From: Cetorhinus maximus
Lineage: Eukaryota
NCBI RefSeq assembly: GCF_964194155.1
Contig: NC_135896.1
Span: 31,000,001-31,064,000 of the forward strand
Length of the DNA stretch: 64,000 bases
Direction: 5' to 3'
Part shown: one piece after another, positions 37,526 through 51,159 of the stretch
How positions within the stretch are numbered: the first letter of the stretch is position 1
Layout: each line of letters opens with the position of its first letter
The notes under the pieces: generated by a model
Seen by the model: only the letters and a program-made list of their open reading frames with translations
Database searches by the model: none
What the model was told of the DNA's origin: nothing
Position numbers and translations under genes: made by a program

Positions 37526-38312
37526 TGAAATGGTGCCGCTGTTAGCAGGCTCCAGGCAGCAAAACTGTTGCTGTTAGCTGGTTCTGTGCAGTTAGAGCTC
37601 AGAAGTTGTTGGGGAGATGAAAAGGTGGCAGAAAGTCATTTACGTTGTGCTACAAAGGGTTAGGGCTCAGAAGAAGCCCTGGGAGCCATTTATAGCTTGG
37701 TGTAGCTAGGGAGATTGGAGCTTGGTGAAATCCAGAGGCAATGCCAGCCCAGTGAAACTAGCCAGCAATTAAAAAGCTGAAGTTCTGTCAGCAGGCAAAG
37801 GCGAGAGTGCAGACTCAGAAATCTGGGAGTGCAGAGTCTTGGGAGACGAGTTTGAAACCCTGGGTGGCGTGTAGTTGTTGAGGCAGCCTGAGCTGGAGCA
37901 GCTTTGAGGGGATTCAGAGGCTTGATCTTCGAAAGTGAAATGTTTAGAGTCCCTCATGAGGGAGACAGAGTTTCAAAGAGACTGGTTGACTCACAGTGTT
38001 TACTGACATCTAGGTGGGTTGCTGAGAAATCCGTGGGACCTATCTTGATCACTTTTGTTATTTTTGTACAGTGTACTGTGTCCAACCACAGTTTGCCCAT
38101 TAATTAACATGTACCACATAGGAATGTTAGGGTATAAGAAAGATACTGAAAATTGTTTAATCTTTCTGACCTTGTACAGTAAAGTTTACTTTGTTTGTTC
38201 AAAACCTGAGCGAGTGTCTTAAATTTCAAACTTTGTCTACTTTAAACAAAACATTATTAGTCCTTAACCAGATCTTGCCAAATGCTTGGGGTACTGGTCT
38301 AGGGTCATAACA
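37526..38312 (+). mobile_element. Probable LTR fragment
   Basis: It truncates the CR1 and ends ...agggtcataACA, with an AGTAAA signal at about 38179. No TSD confirmed. Confidence 0.4.
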
Positions 38313-40324
38313 GGAGCAATAGGTCCAAGCTAATGAAGTGATCTGCAAATACGGGCACGCTAAAATTATGCAAAGTGCACTGGAATCTCTTATGAATTGA
38401 AACTGGGCAGACTTCCACTCTGTCACATGACTGCCATCTTACCGTTTCCCCCTCTCGGTGATGGTGATACTTGTCAATACTATTACTGTGGAACTGGTGA
38501 GGTCCAAACTTCACAGTGTTTTGCTGAGACTTAATTGCCCACGTTCCCACACACCATAGGATCCTGCCTGAGAAACGAGCTTTCCAAATACTCAAGAATC
38601 CTTTACTTGTTTATGCCTTGCATGCTGTGTGACTTGTGCTGGACATTGCCTAGCTGGCTGACAGCATTGTACCCATGTTTAACCTTGAAACAAATGGCCT
38701 TACACTGCACAGCTCTCTCTGATAATAGTGGCTGAACGCTTTGTGCAGGCTTCATTGCTGTCAGTCCCCATACATATGACCACCACCTATCTGATGTAAC
38801 CATGCTCCAATGCAAAGTTTACTCTGCTTTCATTAATGTGCTAAAGATATGAACCCTGCTGCTTCAGAATTCTTCCCTTAATAAGACAAAGCAAATGATG
38901 CTTTTTTATCATTTATAACATGTAGTGTTGGATTGCCACTGCACTGGGTACCCTTAACGAGCTGATAGCATTTTGTTTTGGGGTGGGGTGGGAGTCGAGG
39001 GATTAAAATGACCCTGTAAACTCTGGTCTCCTTCCAACTCCACAAAATCCCTCTACATAGGATCAGCATGCTGAACGTCATCCTGTCCTGTTTGACCCAC
39101 TCGCGCTGCTCAGCTTCCTCTGAGTAACCACATACTGATTAACACTTACAGGTGATATGCTGGAACTCCACATGCTTTGACAGCGCTTGAGGTTAAAATA
39201 GCAGGTCCCATATGTATGGACAGATGGACCACCTGACTGTGTTTGGACAGGTGCAAGACACCATCAGCAGTCACCGCAGCTCAGTGAATGGGGTTTAAAG
39301 AGGACAGTTTCTTTATTGCAGCCTTAACTTCTCCCTATTCAGTAAGCTGGCCATCATCCAAATCTATTCTTAGCAAAACTCTGAATGGCACTGATGCTGA
39401 GACTCGTATTTCTAGCATTGGGTCTACAGCCATATTTTGGTCGAGGGGAGGTTTAATTTAATCAAAAACCATGAGTGTGAGTAATCTTGACCTCAGTAAA
39501 TGTATTTATCCACATCAGATAGAGTTGCACTACAAGGAACAGAGTTACACAGAACTTTAGAGTGTAGAAACAGGCTATTCAGCCCATCAGATCCAAACCA
39601 GTGTTTATTCTTCACACAGGCTGTCTCCCACCTTTCTTCATCTCAACCGATCAATCTGTGAGACATATTTATATACTAGTGTCAGACCACACCCTCGATT
39701 ATGCAAACCTTCGTTCACTGTAACCAGGCACAAGAATGCTGCTATCTCTTGTCTCACAGTTGCAATCAGCCTTCCTAATTAGGCCATAATGTTTCTTTCA
39801 GACCAGCAACTTAACTCTTTGAACCCCACTTTATTGCATTGTTAACAGTAAACCTCCTTTGCATTGTCCCTCTCTGATCTGCTTGGCTAGACTGGCACAT
39901 GCTTGCAGAGTGTTGGCTGATCATCAGCTTTAGAAAGTTGCCCACAGGTTAGTGGGGCATCCATGCTCCCACTAGCTCAACAGTTTCTCTGCAAACGTGA
40001 GGTCACAAAATAAGCAGCCCCACAGGACCAGTGGACTCAGAGCCGTGCACTCCTGGTTAAGCAGTCTTTTGGAACCATTCTAGAAATGACCTCTAAACAT
40101 AATCTGTCATATTTTTGTCTTCCAACCATAATTTCCAGATAGTTGCCACTCTATTGTCGGTTCTCAGCAGTAGTCCTCTGTGTTTTTTGTACCTTTCAAG
40201 TCTTTCCCATAATCTTTAGGTGTCAAGTCCTAAATAGTAAGAACTGCACGTTTTCCTATTTCATAGTCCATGCTACCTGTTATGTCCAGACAAGGGGCAC
40301 AGCAAATGATTTGTCACAAACTTC

Positions 40325-40545
40325 TCCCAAAGGGTCGTGAGAATTTGGAATGCTCTTCCTCAAAAGGTGGTTGAGGCAGAGCCCTTGAATATCTTTAAGG
40401 CAGAGGTAGATAGATTCTTGATAAGCAAGGGATGAAAGTTTATTGGGGATCAGATCAGCCATAAACTTATTGAATGGCGGAGCAGACTTGAGAAGCCAAG
40501 TGACCTATTCCCACTCCTATTCGTATGTTCATATGTTTGTACGTA
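40325..40545 (+). mobile_element. CR1 3' end fragment
   Basis: ttgaatatctttaaggcagaggtagatagattcttgataagcaaggg, followed by a cgtatgtt tail. Confidence 0.75.
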
Positions 40546-41019
40546 AACTTCAGGCATTAGCTTCTCTTGCACAAATTTCATGAGCACACTCATCCATAAA
40601 TGTGACTATGTCACAAATTCACCCATATTCCCTTGTTCTTTAAACTAATAGTCGGGATTTTCTGTGCCCACTGGCATCAGGCGTGTTCGGTGCCATCAGC
40701 GGACAATATGGCGAGAAGGCCAAAAATTGGTCTCACGACGTTGTGAAACCAGATTGCGATCGTCTGTTCAGCCCATCGATGGCAGGCTGGATCGTCCACC
40801 TGTGTTGGCGGGAAAATACGCTGGTGCAGAACAAGTCTTGACAAGTGTGACGTGTAAAGGTTGGGACTTACTGCCAGGGCCTTGCTCACATCTGGGACAT
40901 TCGAGGAGCAGAAGATGCTGGAGCCCGACAGCAATGGGATCCAGGAGGAACATCCATGGCATGCTGGGTGGATTCTCATGGATATGGCTCTGCTGCGAAA
41001 CAGCGCAGGAAGAAGTCCA

Positions 41020-41870
41020 AGGGGAGGAAGGAGTGCACAGAGGGGGGGGGCGAGTCTGGGGGAGATAGGAGGGCAGAGAGAAGGGGGAGTCTGGGGTGGA
41101 TGGGCGTGGAAGGAGTGTGGAGAAGGGAGGGAGTCTGGGAGAGGAGGGATTGTGGAGAATGGAGGGAAGTAAGGGTGGAGGAAGAAGTGAGGGTACCGGA
41201 GGGAGTCAGGAAGGGGGAAGGAGTAGAGCTAGAGGAAGAAATTAGACTGGAGGAAGTAGTCGGTGAGGGGGAAGGACTAAGTGTGGCGGTAGAAGTAGGA
41301 GTCTCTGAGGGAGTCAGGAAGTGAGAGGGACTAAGCAGGAGGGAATCTGGGGGGGATGGGAGGGCTAAGGGCGGGGAAGGGGTTGTGGGGGTAAGGGGTT
41401 CTGGGTGGGAAGGGGTCTGAAGGGGGAAGGGGTTCCAAGGGGAGAAGGAGTCCAAAGGAGGGGTGTGCAGGTGAACATGCAACAGAGGGGTCTGATGGGT
41501 CCATGACTGCCTCTTGCGGAGGGAACTGAGGGTGGGCATAGCATGAGAGCATGGTGAGAATGACCCAGGGCAGAGCGAAGCAGTAGGGTGGGAGCATGAG
41601 GGTTCGGTGATAGCGGTAGAAGAGATGGTGAGGGTGTTTGGTGGAGACTCGGAGGCAGACACGGACCATGGGGGTAGGAAGGAGGAAGTTGGGGAGGTGA
41701 ATGTGGATGGGGGGTGGGATTTTTGGGAAGGAAGGGACATCCCTGATGTAAAAGGGCTGTGGCTGGTAGTTTATGGAGGGGAATTGGAAGGTGGAGCCAG
41801 GGGGATCAACTGTGATGGGGGAATGGAAATGGGTGACTAGGGGAGGGGAAAAGATGGGGGAGCGCATGAG
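41020..41870. repeat. G/A-rich low-complexity tract with many G-runs
   Basis: Repeated gggg/gga blocks read directly. Confidence 0.8.
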
Positions 41871-42059
41871 TAAACAAATCCAGACCATGCTGTCCAAATT
41901 GAAAGTGAAATGACAATCATGGTGGCTGTATGGGAGTGAGATCAGTGGGTGGGCGGAGATGCAGGTCAGCTCAGATGGACAACTGAAAGCGAACCCCAGC
42001 AGACAGCATTCAAACTGCTCAGGACATTGAGCTGAGTGTGATACGTGAAGGATCCGTGT

Positions 42060-43691
42060 GCGAGGGAGAGAGTACTTGGATGAGGCTCTGAAAGGCTCTG
42101 CCACACACACACTTCTCCCTCCAGAATGACTCATTGGCCGGCTGCTCCCTCTGCGGTGACAGAGGACGAGGTTGAGGGGCTCACAGGCAAAGAGGACTTA
42201 GAGGGAGAGGACAGCCTCTGAGATTCCTAAGTGGATGACCCAGGGGTGTCCAGCTGCTGCTACTCCTCCCTTCAGGTGCCCCGGGGCCCCAGCCTGACTC
42301 CTTGAGGGGAGGAACACCTGGAGGGACGTTGAGGTGCCCCGTTGCCCTCTCATGTCGCCACTGCAGGAACTCACCGATGGCTCCTGCGATTGAGTGCAGG
42401 TCTGCACACATCTCCATGTTCTGCTGGACCAGGGTCTCCATGGTGTCTGCCATCCTCCCCAAGGAGACCCCCATACATACACATGTGGGCACCACTTCCT
42501 CAGAAAGCAGGCGTTCGCACTCCTCCAACTCGCATGTCACTCTGCTGAGGGCTTCCAACAGCTCTGTGTGATGTTCCCACGCCTTCTGCTGACTCTCCAG
42601 GGTGACTTGGAAGACCAAATCTAGAGGCTCGTCATCTGAATCGGACCTCACAGATTCCTGATCCCGAGCAGGCCTCCGAGTGCTGGGGAGCTTGCATGAA
42701 CCTGCCTCCTGCTGCTGTGGACATATGTCTTGCAGTGACCACCAGGTTGTGAAGCTGAGCCTGCTCTACATCAAGGTTCCACTGAGGTGTGTGTCTCTGC
42801 GCTGATGCAGGGTGTGGGTAAGCGCGTGATGAGTCTTCCGGGCTGCTTATTTCTAACACATCAATGGAGGAGATGTCCTCTTGGCTGGAGGTGAGGATGT
42901 GGACGGAGCTGAGGGAGTGGCTGGCTGAGGGTGTCAGTTGCTTGGCAGAGCTCCCTGTGAACCAAAGTAGAGAGAATTAGTGCATGGCAGCAGAGTCAAA
43001 AGCAGGAGTGAGAGCACTCACATTTGCATTGAGGGAGGGATGATGTGGTGTAGATCCTTACGAGGGTGTTCGCCGCTGACCTCACCATCACCGCAGGCAT
43101 GGTCCATCTCCTCACTAGTCAGTGTGATGGCACTTTCTTCAAAGTGAGTGAGGGTCCTAATGTGGGCCACTCCAGCCCCCGGTCTGGGACCCCTCCCTGC
43201 TGATGTAAGCAGGCTTCTACTGCATGAAAGCAGATGGAGGGAGTGTGAGCAGGGCACTTGGCACTGCGTGGAATGTTTGTGTGATCAGCAGAGCCATGGA
43301 CAGGGTGAGGATGTGAGCTCGAGAGGGTATGAGCCTGATGGAGCTGTGAGGGTGTGTGTAAGAGTTAATGGTGCTGTCCCTTGAGGTGTGAGATCCCCGT
43401 GGATGTGTGATGGGTTTATGAGTGTGTGAGTTGAGAGTGATGAGAACAGTGATTTACCCTGGCGATGAGGCCATTCACCCTGTAGTGGCACTGGGTGGCT
43501 GTCCTCTTTTGCAGGGCATTGCCGCTGACCATCAGTGTCACTGCCTCCCAAGCCGGATTAGTGATGTTGCCCATTCTGCAGCCAGAGTGGGGGTAGAGGA
43601 CATCACAGTGAGCCTCCACTGCGTCAAAAAGGCACCCGAGGGATGCGTTAGTGAACCTGGGGGCTGCAGTCTTTTTGCCTTTCGGGGCCAT
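42060..43691 (-). pseudogene. Harbinger Myb/SANT-like gene (A3), spliced and disrupted
   Basis: MAPKGKKTAAPRFTNASL...WEAVTLMVSGNALQKRTATQC. Exon 2 reads IRTLTHFEESAITL and exon 3 reads SDSDDEPLD...LESQQKAWEH. Confidence 0.8.
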
Positions 43692-43987
43692 GTCTTCGTT
43701 GCAGCAGTGGTGAGCTGGAAGCACTGAGAGGTGTGCACACGGCTGAACTTTAAATATGGCGCCCGGTGTGATGAAGCGCCGAGGTGATGGCATGGTGGGT
43801 GAATGAGAGCCCACCCACCATGGAAACAAATGGGAATGCATAATTAGTGTGGTGGGTTTGGGACAATGCGGTGCCCAACGGGTAGAACATCCTTTTATCT
43901 GTCCGCTACCACACTTAGTGCAAATTTGGGATGATTCCACTCAATGTCTAGGAATAAATTTAGTGAAGTTATCCTGCACAAAACTAT

Positions 43988-46385
43988 GGGCTGGATTAAC
44001 TGTATCATCACCTACTGGACTCGCAGCATTTCTCCCCCAGCTTAGTGCATGTTAACGTTGCTTCTCCTTTGCCTTGAACATGGGTAGGATTTCTGTAATC
44101 CTTATCCGTTCTTCTGAATTGAGCTCATTGCTGGTACATAATGGGAACCCAGCAGGATTTCCATTGTTAAAATACATTGTAAAATGGACAACAACACAAA
44201 ACGCACTGAGGGATCGTCAAGGCACAGGCATGTCCCAAAGACCACAGCAGCCTGGGTGTTGTAAGCCTCACCAGAGATCTAGGCCTCCACTGTAAATTTG
44301 TGCTGGCCGGATTGAATGAAGACAAGGACAGGGTGGGATGCCTCACTGTCCCATTTTCCAGAAATTTCCGTTGCTATTTTGGGTGAGGTAGCGGAGGAAG
44401 ATTCGGCCTGAAGCCCCATAAGGACAGACCATGGCAAGAGCATTTTCTTCACCTGATGCTCTTTTCCTCCTTTACACCCTCCCATTGAGGCAACTCTAAC
44501 TGTTTACACAGTTGGAACCTGAACCTAACTTCAACTGATATCCAAACAGGTATGTATTTTCCAGCTGCCTTTACTGGATAGGAATTATGAGCCAGATTTG
44601 GGAAATTTCCCAGGTGAGTGCACTCACCCAGGAGAAATGGCTCTGAATGGCAGGACTTTCTTTCTGTTTGGGGGAGGGAGTGATCGAGAATGGAGTTGGG
44701 CCCACGGCACCCAGACGCAGATTGGCGATGGCCTTAGGGGCTGCTGAGTGCTGGGGAGGGCTGGTTAAAAGGCCAGCCTTGGTTCTTTGGGACTTTGTCC
44801 CAGTTGTATTGTTAAATATTAGCCCTCATCCCGCACACCTCCTCACCATCCACTCTCCATGCCCCATCCATGCCAACCAATGCCCCTCTATCTTCCCATA
44901 ATGGCCCCTCATACTCTTATGCCAACCCACGCCCCCCTCCCCCCACCACCCTTTTTCCTTACACTCTCCATGCCAACTCACCCAGTATCCACCATGGGCA
45001 GATTCAGAAGCCATGCTGTGATTAATTAAAATAAAGTTCTAATTATCTATTACAGACTTCGCTATATATAAAAAAACACTTTCATTCATGACAGCTGATT
45101 CAGTACATTTAAATCCCTTCAAAGTACTCAATCCCTTGTAAAAACAAATATTTGTATTCATAACCCCACATCAAAGACAGCTAATCCTTTAGTAACCCCT
45201 TTGAGCTGTCAATCAAATTGTAAACTTAGTCTCCCCACTGTGATAATGACAGGTTGTGGAAGCAGTTAAGCAGTAAAAATGCTATAATGATAGCACTTAG
45301 AGTTATGTCAATAAACATTTCTGAAAACTGCTAGAACTGTTTTTTTACTCCCACAGACACAGGCAGGCATTTTTTTCCAAATCTTAAAGGGCAGGAGATA
45401 TAAATTGAGAGCTTGACAATTCTACATACCTTATCTGCCCTTCAAGAGCATTTATGTCTCCATGATAAAACTATGGAACAAGCACTGTAGGTTGAGGCCA
45501 TTCCTGGAGTGAAAATGGGATCTACTTCTCCCCTGTACCCAGTTTAAACGGCCCTGACAATTTATAATTTGCACCCCATTCATTTTCACACACCATACTC
45601 TTTCCCAAAATGAGATCTGTCACAAATGGGGGCGAGACTTCCAGTTCGTGGGCCTGTCTGCCATTTTTAAAGGTCCACGGGGTCTCCATGACTCAACATA
45701 AACTTGGCCCTATAAGTAAGAACCCTGGTATAAGCAAGAACCTGGTGTTCTTGCTCACAGAAGGCAAACCATCCTTGTCTGCATGGCATAATATTACATG
45801 ATATGGTGCATGCTGCCTGGGTTGGGTTTTTTTTTGTGAAAGCACACAACAACTTTCTAGAATGGTGATAGCAAGAGAACTGAGCACTATTAATATTGAG
45901 CTGGTGGGGCGCAGGTGGAAATTGAGTCCCCGACATCTCAGGGTCACATCAATCTTGGATGGCCTGGCCGGCTTTCAGGCCAGAGGAAGATAGTCAATGG
46001 GGGATGAGACTGGGACGTTGAACTGTAAGTGACTCAGGTGGACCTTATGTAGTCTTTAATTGGATTCATGCTCCTCTCAATCCCAGAAAATAAAGGACCT
46101 GTTAGTACCTCTTTGATCTAGCCGGCAACTGGTACTGGGTGGAGCATGAGCAGTGCAGTCTAAAAAAAGCCATGCAGATCTATTTATATTGTGGGACTCC
46201 GATTTAAATATCTAAATCTGCTCTGTGCCCTCTTCAGGCATTCATCTGAACCACCTGTTTGGTGGACCCCAACAAAATGGAGGTGGCTGCAGTGACATTG
46301 GGGCTAGGGCGATTGGTTTGTTTACGCTATTTTTAAGATGTTGCCATTCCATCTTTATTGGGTAGGAGGACCTAAAATTCAGTCC
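43988..46385. mobile_element. Possible old non-autonomous Harbinger-type element or elements
   Basis: gggctggatt at the left and aaaattcagtcc at the right resemble the family TIR. There is an internal C-rich ccatgcc tract at 44820-45000. No TSD match. Confidence 0.3.
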
Positions 46386-46842
46386 AGTATGTTTGCAAGA
46401 CAGGTTGTTGGCTAAAGGTTAAGAGCATCTATGCAGGAGGCTTTGAGTAGCAATGAATTAGAGGAGGTTACAAGGTAATAAGGGGAGCGCAAAGTAATGA
46501 CATTAATTTAGATTATTTTAACAAAGAGCAGGCTATGGAGCAATTGGCCTTCATCTGTGCTGTAAACCTCTATGTTTCTATGAAACATTTATATTCGAAA
46601 CCCTTGAGGACATTATTGACAAAACTGAGGATACACATGTCAGTGCCTTCAACATAGCTTCTCTGTATGCCAGTCTCACTGTGACTATCAACAGCATACA
46701 GGAGGCGAAGTTGTTATTTTGGATGCAAGAATATAAATGAAAATAAAAACAAAAAACTACTGCGGATGCTGGAAATCCAAAACAAAAACAGAATTACCTG
46801 GAAAAACTCAGCAGGTCTGGCAGCATCGGCGGAGAAGAAAAG

Positions 46843-46881
46843 AGTTGGCGTTTCGAGTCCTCATGACCCTTCAGCAGAACT
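46843..46881 (-). ncRNA. Minimal hammerhead-like motif, inverted copy (cleavage triplet changed to GCC)
   Basis: Reverse complement of 47179-47217 except for one substitution. Confidence 0.55.
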
Positions 46882-47178
46882 GAGTAAAGTTAGGAGAGGG
46901 GTGAAATATAAGCTGGTTTAAGGTGGGGGGAGAGAAGTTGGTGGGGGGGTGGGGGGGGGTGGTGGTAGTAGGGACAAGCAAGCAGTGATAGGAGCAGATA
47001 ATCAAAAGATGTCACAGACAAAGGAACAAGGAACAGGTTCCTTTGTCTGTGACATCTTTTGATTATCTGCTCCTATCACTGCTTGCTTGTCCCTACTACC
47101 ACCACACCCCCCACCCCACCAACTTCTCTCCCCCCACCTTAAACCAGCTTATATTTCACCCCTCTCCTAACTTTACTC

Positions 47179-47217
47179 AGTTCTGCTGAAGGGTCATGAG
47201 GACTCGAAACGTCAACT
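47179..47217 (+). ncRNA. Minimal hammerhead-like motif with variant core CUGCUGA
   Basis: agtt-CTGCTGA-a-gggtc(atgag)gactc-GAAAC-GTC-aact. Helix I is agtt/aact, helix II has 5 bp, and the palindrome ACGT sits in helix III. Confidence 0.65.
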
Positions 47218-48851
47218 CTTTTATTCTCCGCCGATACTGCCAGACCTGCTGAGTTTTTCCAGGTAATTCTATAAATGAAAATGTTAGCTGATACTGCGAT
47301 TATTGGTATCAGCCATTCTAATTCCCATGTTAATGATTTCAGCCAAAGAATGAACAATGAGTGACACTAAAGAGCTCTGGAACCTGACATGTAGGCTATA
47401 TAGAAGAGAGTTTTATGAATAAACAGTTCAATTACATTAAAATTTCATACAATAAAGAGGTAGAATTAAGCATAGATTTTGTGTGAGAACAATAAAATGG
47501 GGGGAAATGAGAATTGGAAATCACGGTGTAGCGCATTTAATGGGATTTGAAAACATGCTCAAAGGTTAACGACTCAGCAATGCAAACATGACAGGGCTCA
47601 TCCAAGCAGCAATATCTTTTGATTAACCAAGTTTATTAATCAATTATTAATTATGATTATTGATTAACAAATCTTAGTAATTGCAGCATCTCAGTCAATT
47701 ATTGGGTAACAATAGTGATGTGCTTTTATCATTGTGATGGCAAAACATTAAATCAGCATGGACAGTGACAATCAGGAGCAGCTCCAGTCCTAATTTGTGG
47801 TGATCAACACTGATTACCCTTCACCTCCACAGATATTTTAGGCATGATAGCCTGGGATTCGCACGTGCAAGGCTATATAGTTCAATGCCTAACAATGTTG
47901 CATCAAATTTCTCAGGCTTCTGTTTTAATCCATTTAGAGTAAGGATTACACATCTGTAGAATAACGCCACACGGAGTACATATAACAGGTTAGACATTTT
48001 TATGGAGACAAAGCTGGGGCTGAGGGGAGTGGTGGCGATCCACAGGGAAAACATATTTGGAACTCGGTGACAGTACATTGCACTGAAATATAATTATAGC
48101 AGTTATAGTCTGTATTTTGAGATGTGCTAAGCCAGTATTGTGCGAGTTATTCCCTGCAGGGATATTCAGATAATGTAATAGATTTTTTTCTTAATTACAG
48201 TATGTCATTAAATATTCCAAATTGTAATAAAGAATGTTAAATACAATGTAAAGGAGAATTCTTATAAATGAACCTTAATTTGCATTTTGTATGATACATG
48301 GTTATTAATCTAATTAACAGTCATTTAAAATGACAGGAGAGAATTTAGAAGTGCATCCTACCTGAGATTTTAAAATATATTTAATTTTCCAATTTCATAC
48401 TCTATTTATATAGAGCATTGAATGCATTAATTAGAGCTCTGGTTAATATTTCAGAGGCAATTCATTCTTTGTTAATTTGCCATATGGTGAAGCTCATTAA
48501 CTGTAAGCAAGCTAAATAACGCAACATGCATCTCTGTGTTCTTCATAAATACAAAATTTGATGGAATTGGTGGTCTTGGCCATGAAGTTGGACAGAGCCT
48601 GAAAGCAGGCATGGGAATGGCAATGCAGGATTACCTGCTCCCTAAATAAATGATTGCAGCATGCAGCCAATGCTAAATGCATTGTTGAGTGGCTGCATGC
48701 CTGAGTTAGGGAACAGAATCATGAGAAGCTAGCACAAGCTGGCCTGCACTACTTAAAGCCAGCCTGCACCACCTTGAAGGGGAGGTGCATGGTGGTTGGA
48801 GCAGGTATTGGAAGTGGCTTTAAAAGTGATTTTGATATGGAGAACAGTTAA

Positions 48852-49075
48852 TATGGCAGAAAGCAGCTCCAAGCTTTCCCAATACTGCAGGCCTTGGTGC
48901 AGGAGGTGGAGAGGAGAAGGATGTTATTGAGCCACAGGGGGCCAGCAGGGACTCCAAGCAAAATTTGTAAAGGTAATGGGACTGAGTAACCATGTTTGAA
49001 AATGCCAAAAGTCAAGCCTGGAGGACCTGGATGCAGTACCGCAAAATATTAATAATCTCACATAAGTGGTCAAGG
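48852..49075 (+). pseudogene. Myb/SANT-like exon 1 of Harbinger family B
   Basis: Frameshifted APSF...LVQEVERRR...W..V...NAKSQAWRTWMQYRK, followed by the donor-like aagGTCAGT. Confidence 0.65.
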
Positions 49076-49120
49076 TCAGTGAACGTTTCCTTAAGTGCCA
49101 TATTCCACGAATTGCACCAT

Positions 49121-49750
49121 GGGCAGAATCTTGCCCTTGTCAGGCAGGCTCGGTGGGTGCCCACGATCGAGGCTGGAAGGCAATTTCATGCTGGCGGGCC
49201 AATTAAAGCTCGCCCAGTGTGAAACGCAAGCGGCAGCGCTCAACGCTGCCTGTGCGGGTGGGGGGAGGAGGACGAGCGGGGCGAGTGCATGCTTGATAAT
49301 CTCCCTGAGGCACAGAGTTGAGGAGATTAAAAAAAAATTAATTAAAAATGTTATAAAACATGTCCCCTGACGCGACTCTGTCACACGGACATGGACATGT
49401 TATTAATTAAGTTTTAAAATTTTAATTTTATTTTTATTTGCTTTAGGAAAGCTCATCCCGCCCGTGGATGAGGTTTCTTAAAAAGTACAAAGGCCGCTTG
49501 ATCTTTTCATCTGCCTGCCAGCCGTAAGGTTGGACGGGCAGGGAAAAATTTCTTTTAAATATCTTGTTAATGGCCTTACTAGGTCTTTTAATTGTCGGCA
49601 GGCGTGCTGCTGACTCTGGCGCGTGCCCGCCGATTGAAATATCACGTGACTGTGCGTTGACGTCGAGATGCTCGCCCGACGTCAATGCGTGTCATTTTAT
49701 GCTCGAGCAGGTTGGGCGCTTGCCTGCCCACCAAGGTTAAAATTTTGCCC
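49121..49750. mobile_element. Harbinger-type MITE (630 bp)
   Basis: TIRs gggcagaatctt / aaaattttgccc and a perfect TSD cat (49118-49120 and 49751-49753). Confidence 0.88.
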
Positions 49751-51159
49751 CATCATTCTCACACTGCTCAATGCAACACACAACCCCATCACTCACTTAC
49801 CAACAATCTATCCCACAAGACTCATACCTAGTATCCACAGCTTCATCTCATCCTCAAGCAAGCCTACATCTACATCTCTCAGCTTGCACACGCTCTCAGA
49901 TATTCAACCATGAAATCCACATCAGCAAAACAGATTTCACCATATCCCTCACTCCTGCGGAGAAGGAGATGCATAGCTGGATGCAGAAGGGGCTAAGTGA
50001 CGAGGAACAGGCATGGCTGCATGTCCCTGTCCCAATGGAGGAGACAGTGATGACTACCATTGGAGCAGCCATGACTAAGTTTATGGTGAGCAGCAGGGCT
50101 GAAACCATTGAAGGTGACGGTATTCTCCCACCTAATCCTCCTCACATCCCACTTCCTGTTCATCACACGATCTCTTCTAATTTACAAGCTGCAGATGGTA
50201 AAAGTGTGAAAATCTTCCTTTCCTCCTCTTCCCATCACCACAACCCTATCTTTGTGCTTTTCTCCTTTCAGATATCCAAGAACTGCAGCCGAGCCAGGTA
50301 GTGGTGGAAGAGCAAGAGGTTGGAGAGAAGGAAGAACGTGATGAAGAAGAAAGTTTGTCACTCTCTCTTACACTCGCCGCCACCATCTCAAATACTGACA
50401 CAGCATGTACTTTAGAGATTAGTTTAGAGGTAGTATTTGAATGTGGTAAGAGGCCGGCTATGTGTGAGTTGCAGTCTGGGCAGGGGACAAGGGTAGTGCA
50501 AGTTCCACCTCACTGGGGGGCAAGGGCACTCATGAATTCTGCTGAAGAAGACTCAGGTGAGGGTGTTGATGGGGTGGCCTGCAGAAGAGGCCTGATGCGT
50601 ATGTACAATGAACTTCTTAGTGCCTTAACAGGCCCTGCAGAAAGCCTACGGTCAATCACAAGGAGCTTGGAGAAGCTTGGCACAGGGCTTTGCACAGAGT
50701 TTGTAGCTCTCCTTTCCAGGTGCAAGTGGGGACCAATTTCATCAGCACATCTGCAGCCTAGCCATGATGCAGGGTTTGATGGCTGATGTCTCTGCTTCAT
50801 AAACAGAAGCCAGCCACCATTTGGATGTTGCAGGAGAAGCTCAGATTGAAGTCATGTAAGGTCAATTTGCTTCCATGCAAGCTCAGATTGCTGCCAGCAT
50901 GGCTGCGGATACCAACATGCAAAGAGGCTTTCAGGCAGTCTCAGCAGTCCAGCAATTTGTCCTCCAATGCATTAATAGGATTGCTGAGGTGCTACCTGGT
51001 GGTGCACCAGTGGCACCATGGAACATGAGCCTGCTCTCTCTTTCAGGGTGACAACATTCGTCTTCCCACTGTAGTAGTAGGGTCTGGCACCTAAAGGGTT
51101 TAATGTGGGACTGAGTACAGTACTGCCCACACAATGATGTAAGAAGGCACATGAGCCAG

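Larger units (their letters stand above)
40650..43942. mobile_element. Non-autonomous Harbinger derivative A3 (inverted; Myb-like gene retained, no transposase core)
   Basis: TIRs agtcgggattttct / ggatgattccactc and TSD aat on both sides. The ends are homologous to the A1/A2 ends in reverse orientation. Confidence 0.85.
46745..47270. mobile_element. Young Penelope-type inverted pseudo-LTR insertion forming a long palindrome
   Basis: Arms 46790-47027 and 47037-47270 are near-perfect reverse complements with a 9-nt spacer. 13-bp TSD tataaatgaaaat (46732-46744 and 47270-47282). Confidence 0.85.

Noticed and set aside
40976-42134. Long Pro/Ser-rich ORFs (254 aa and 267 aa)
   Set aside because: They are by-products of a low-complexity G/A-rich tract poor in stop codons, with no domain features.
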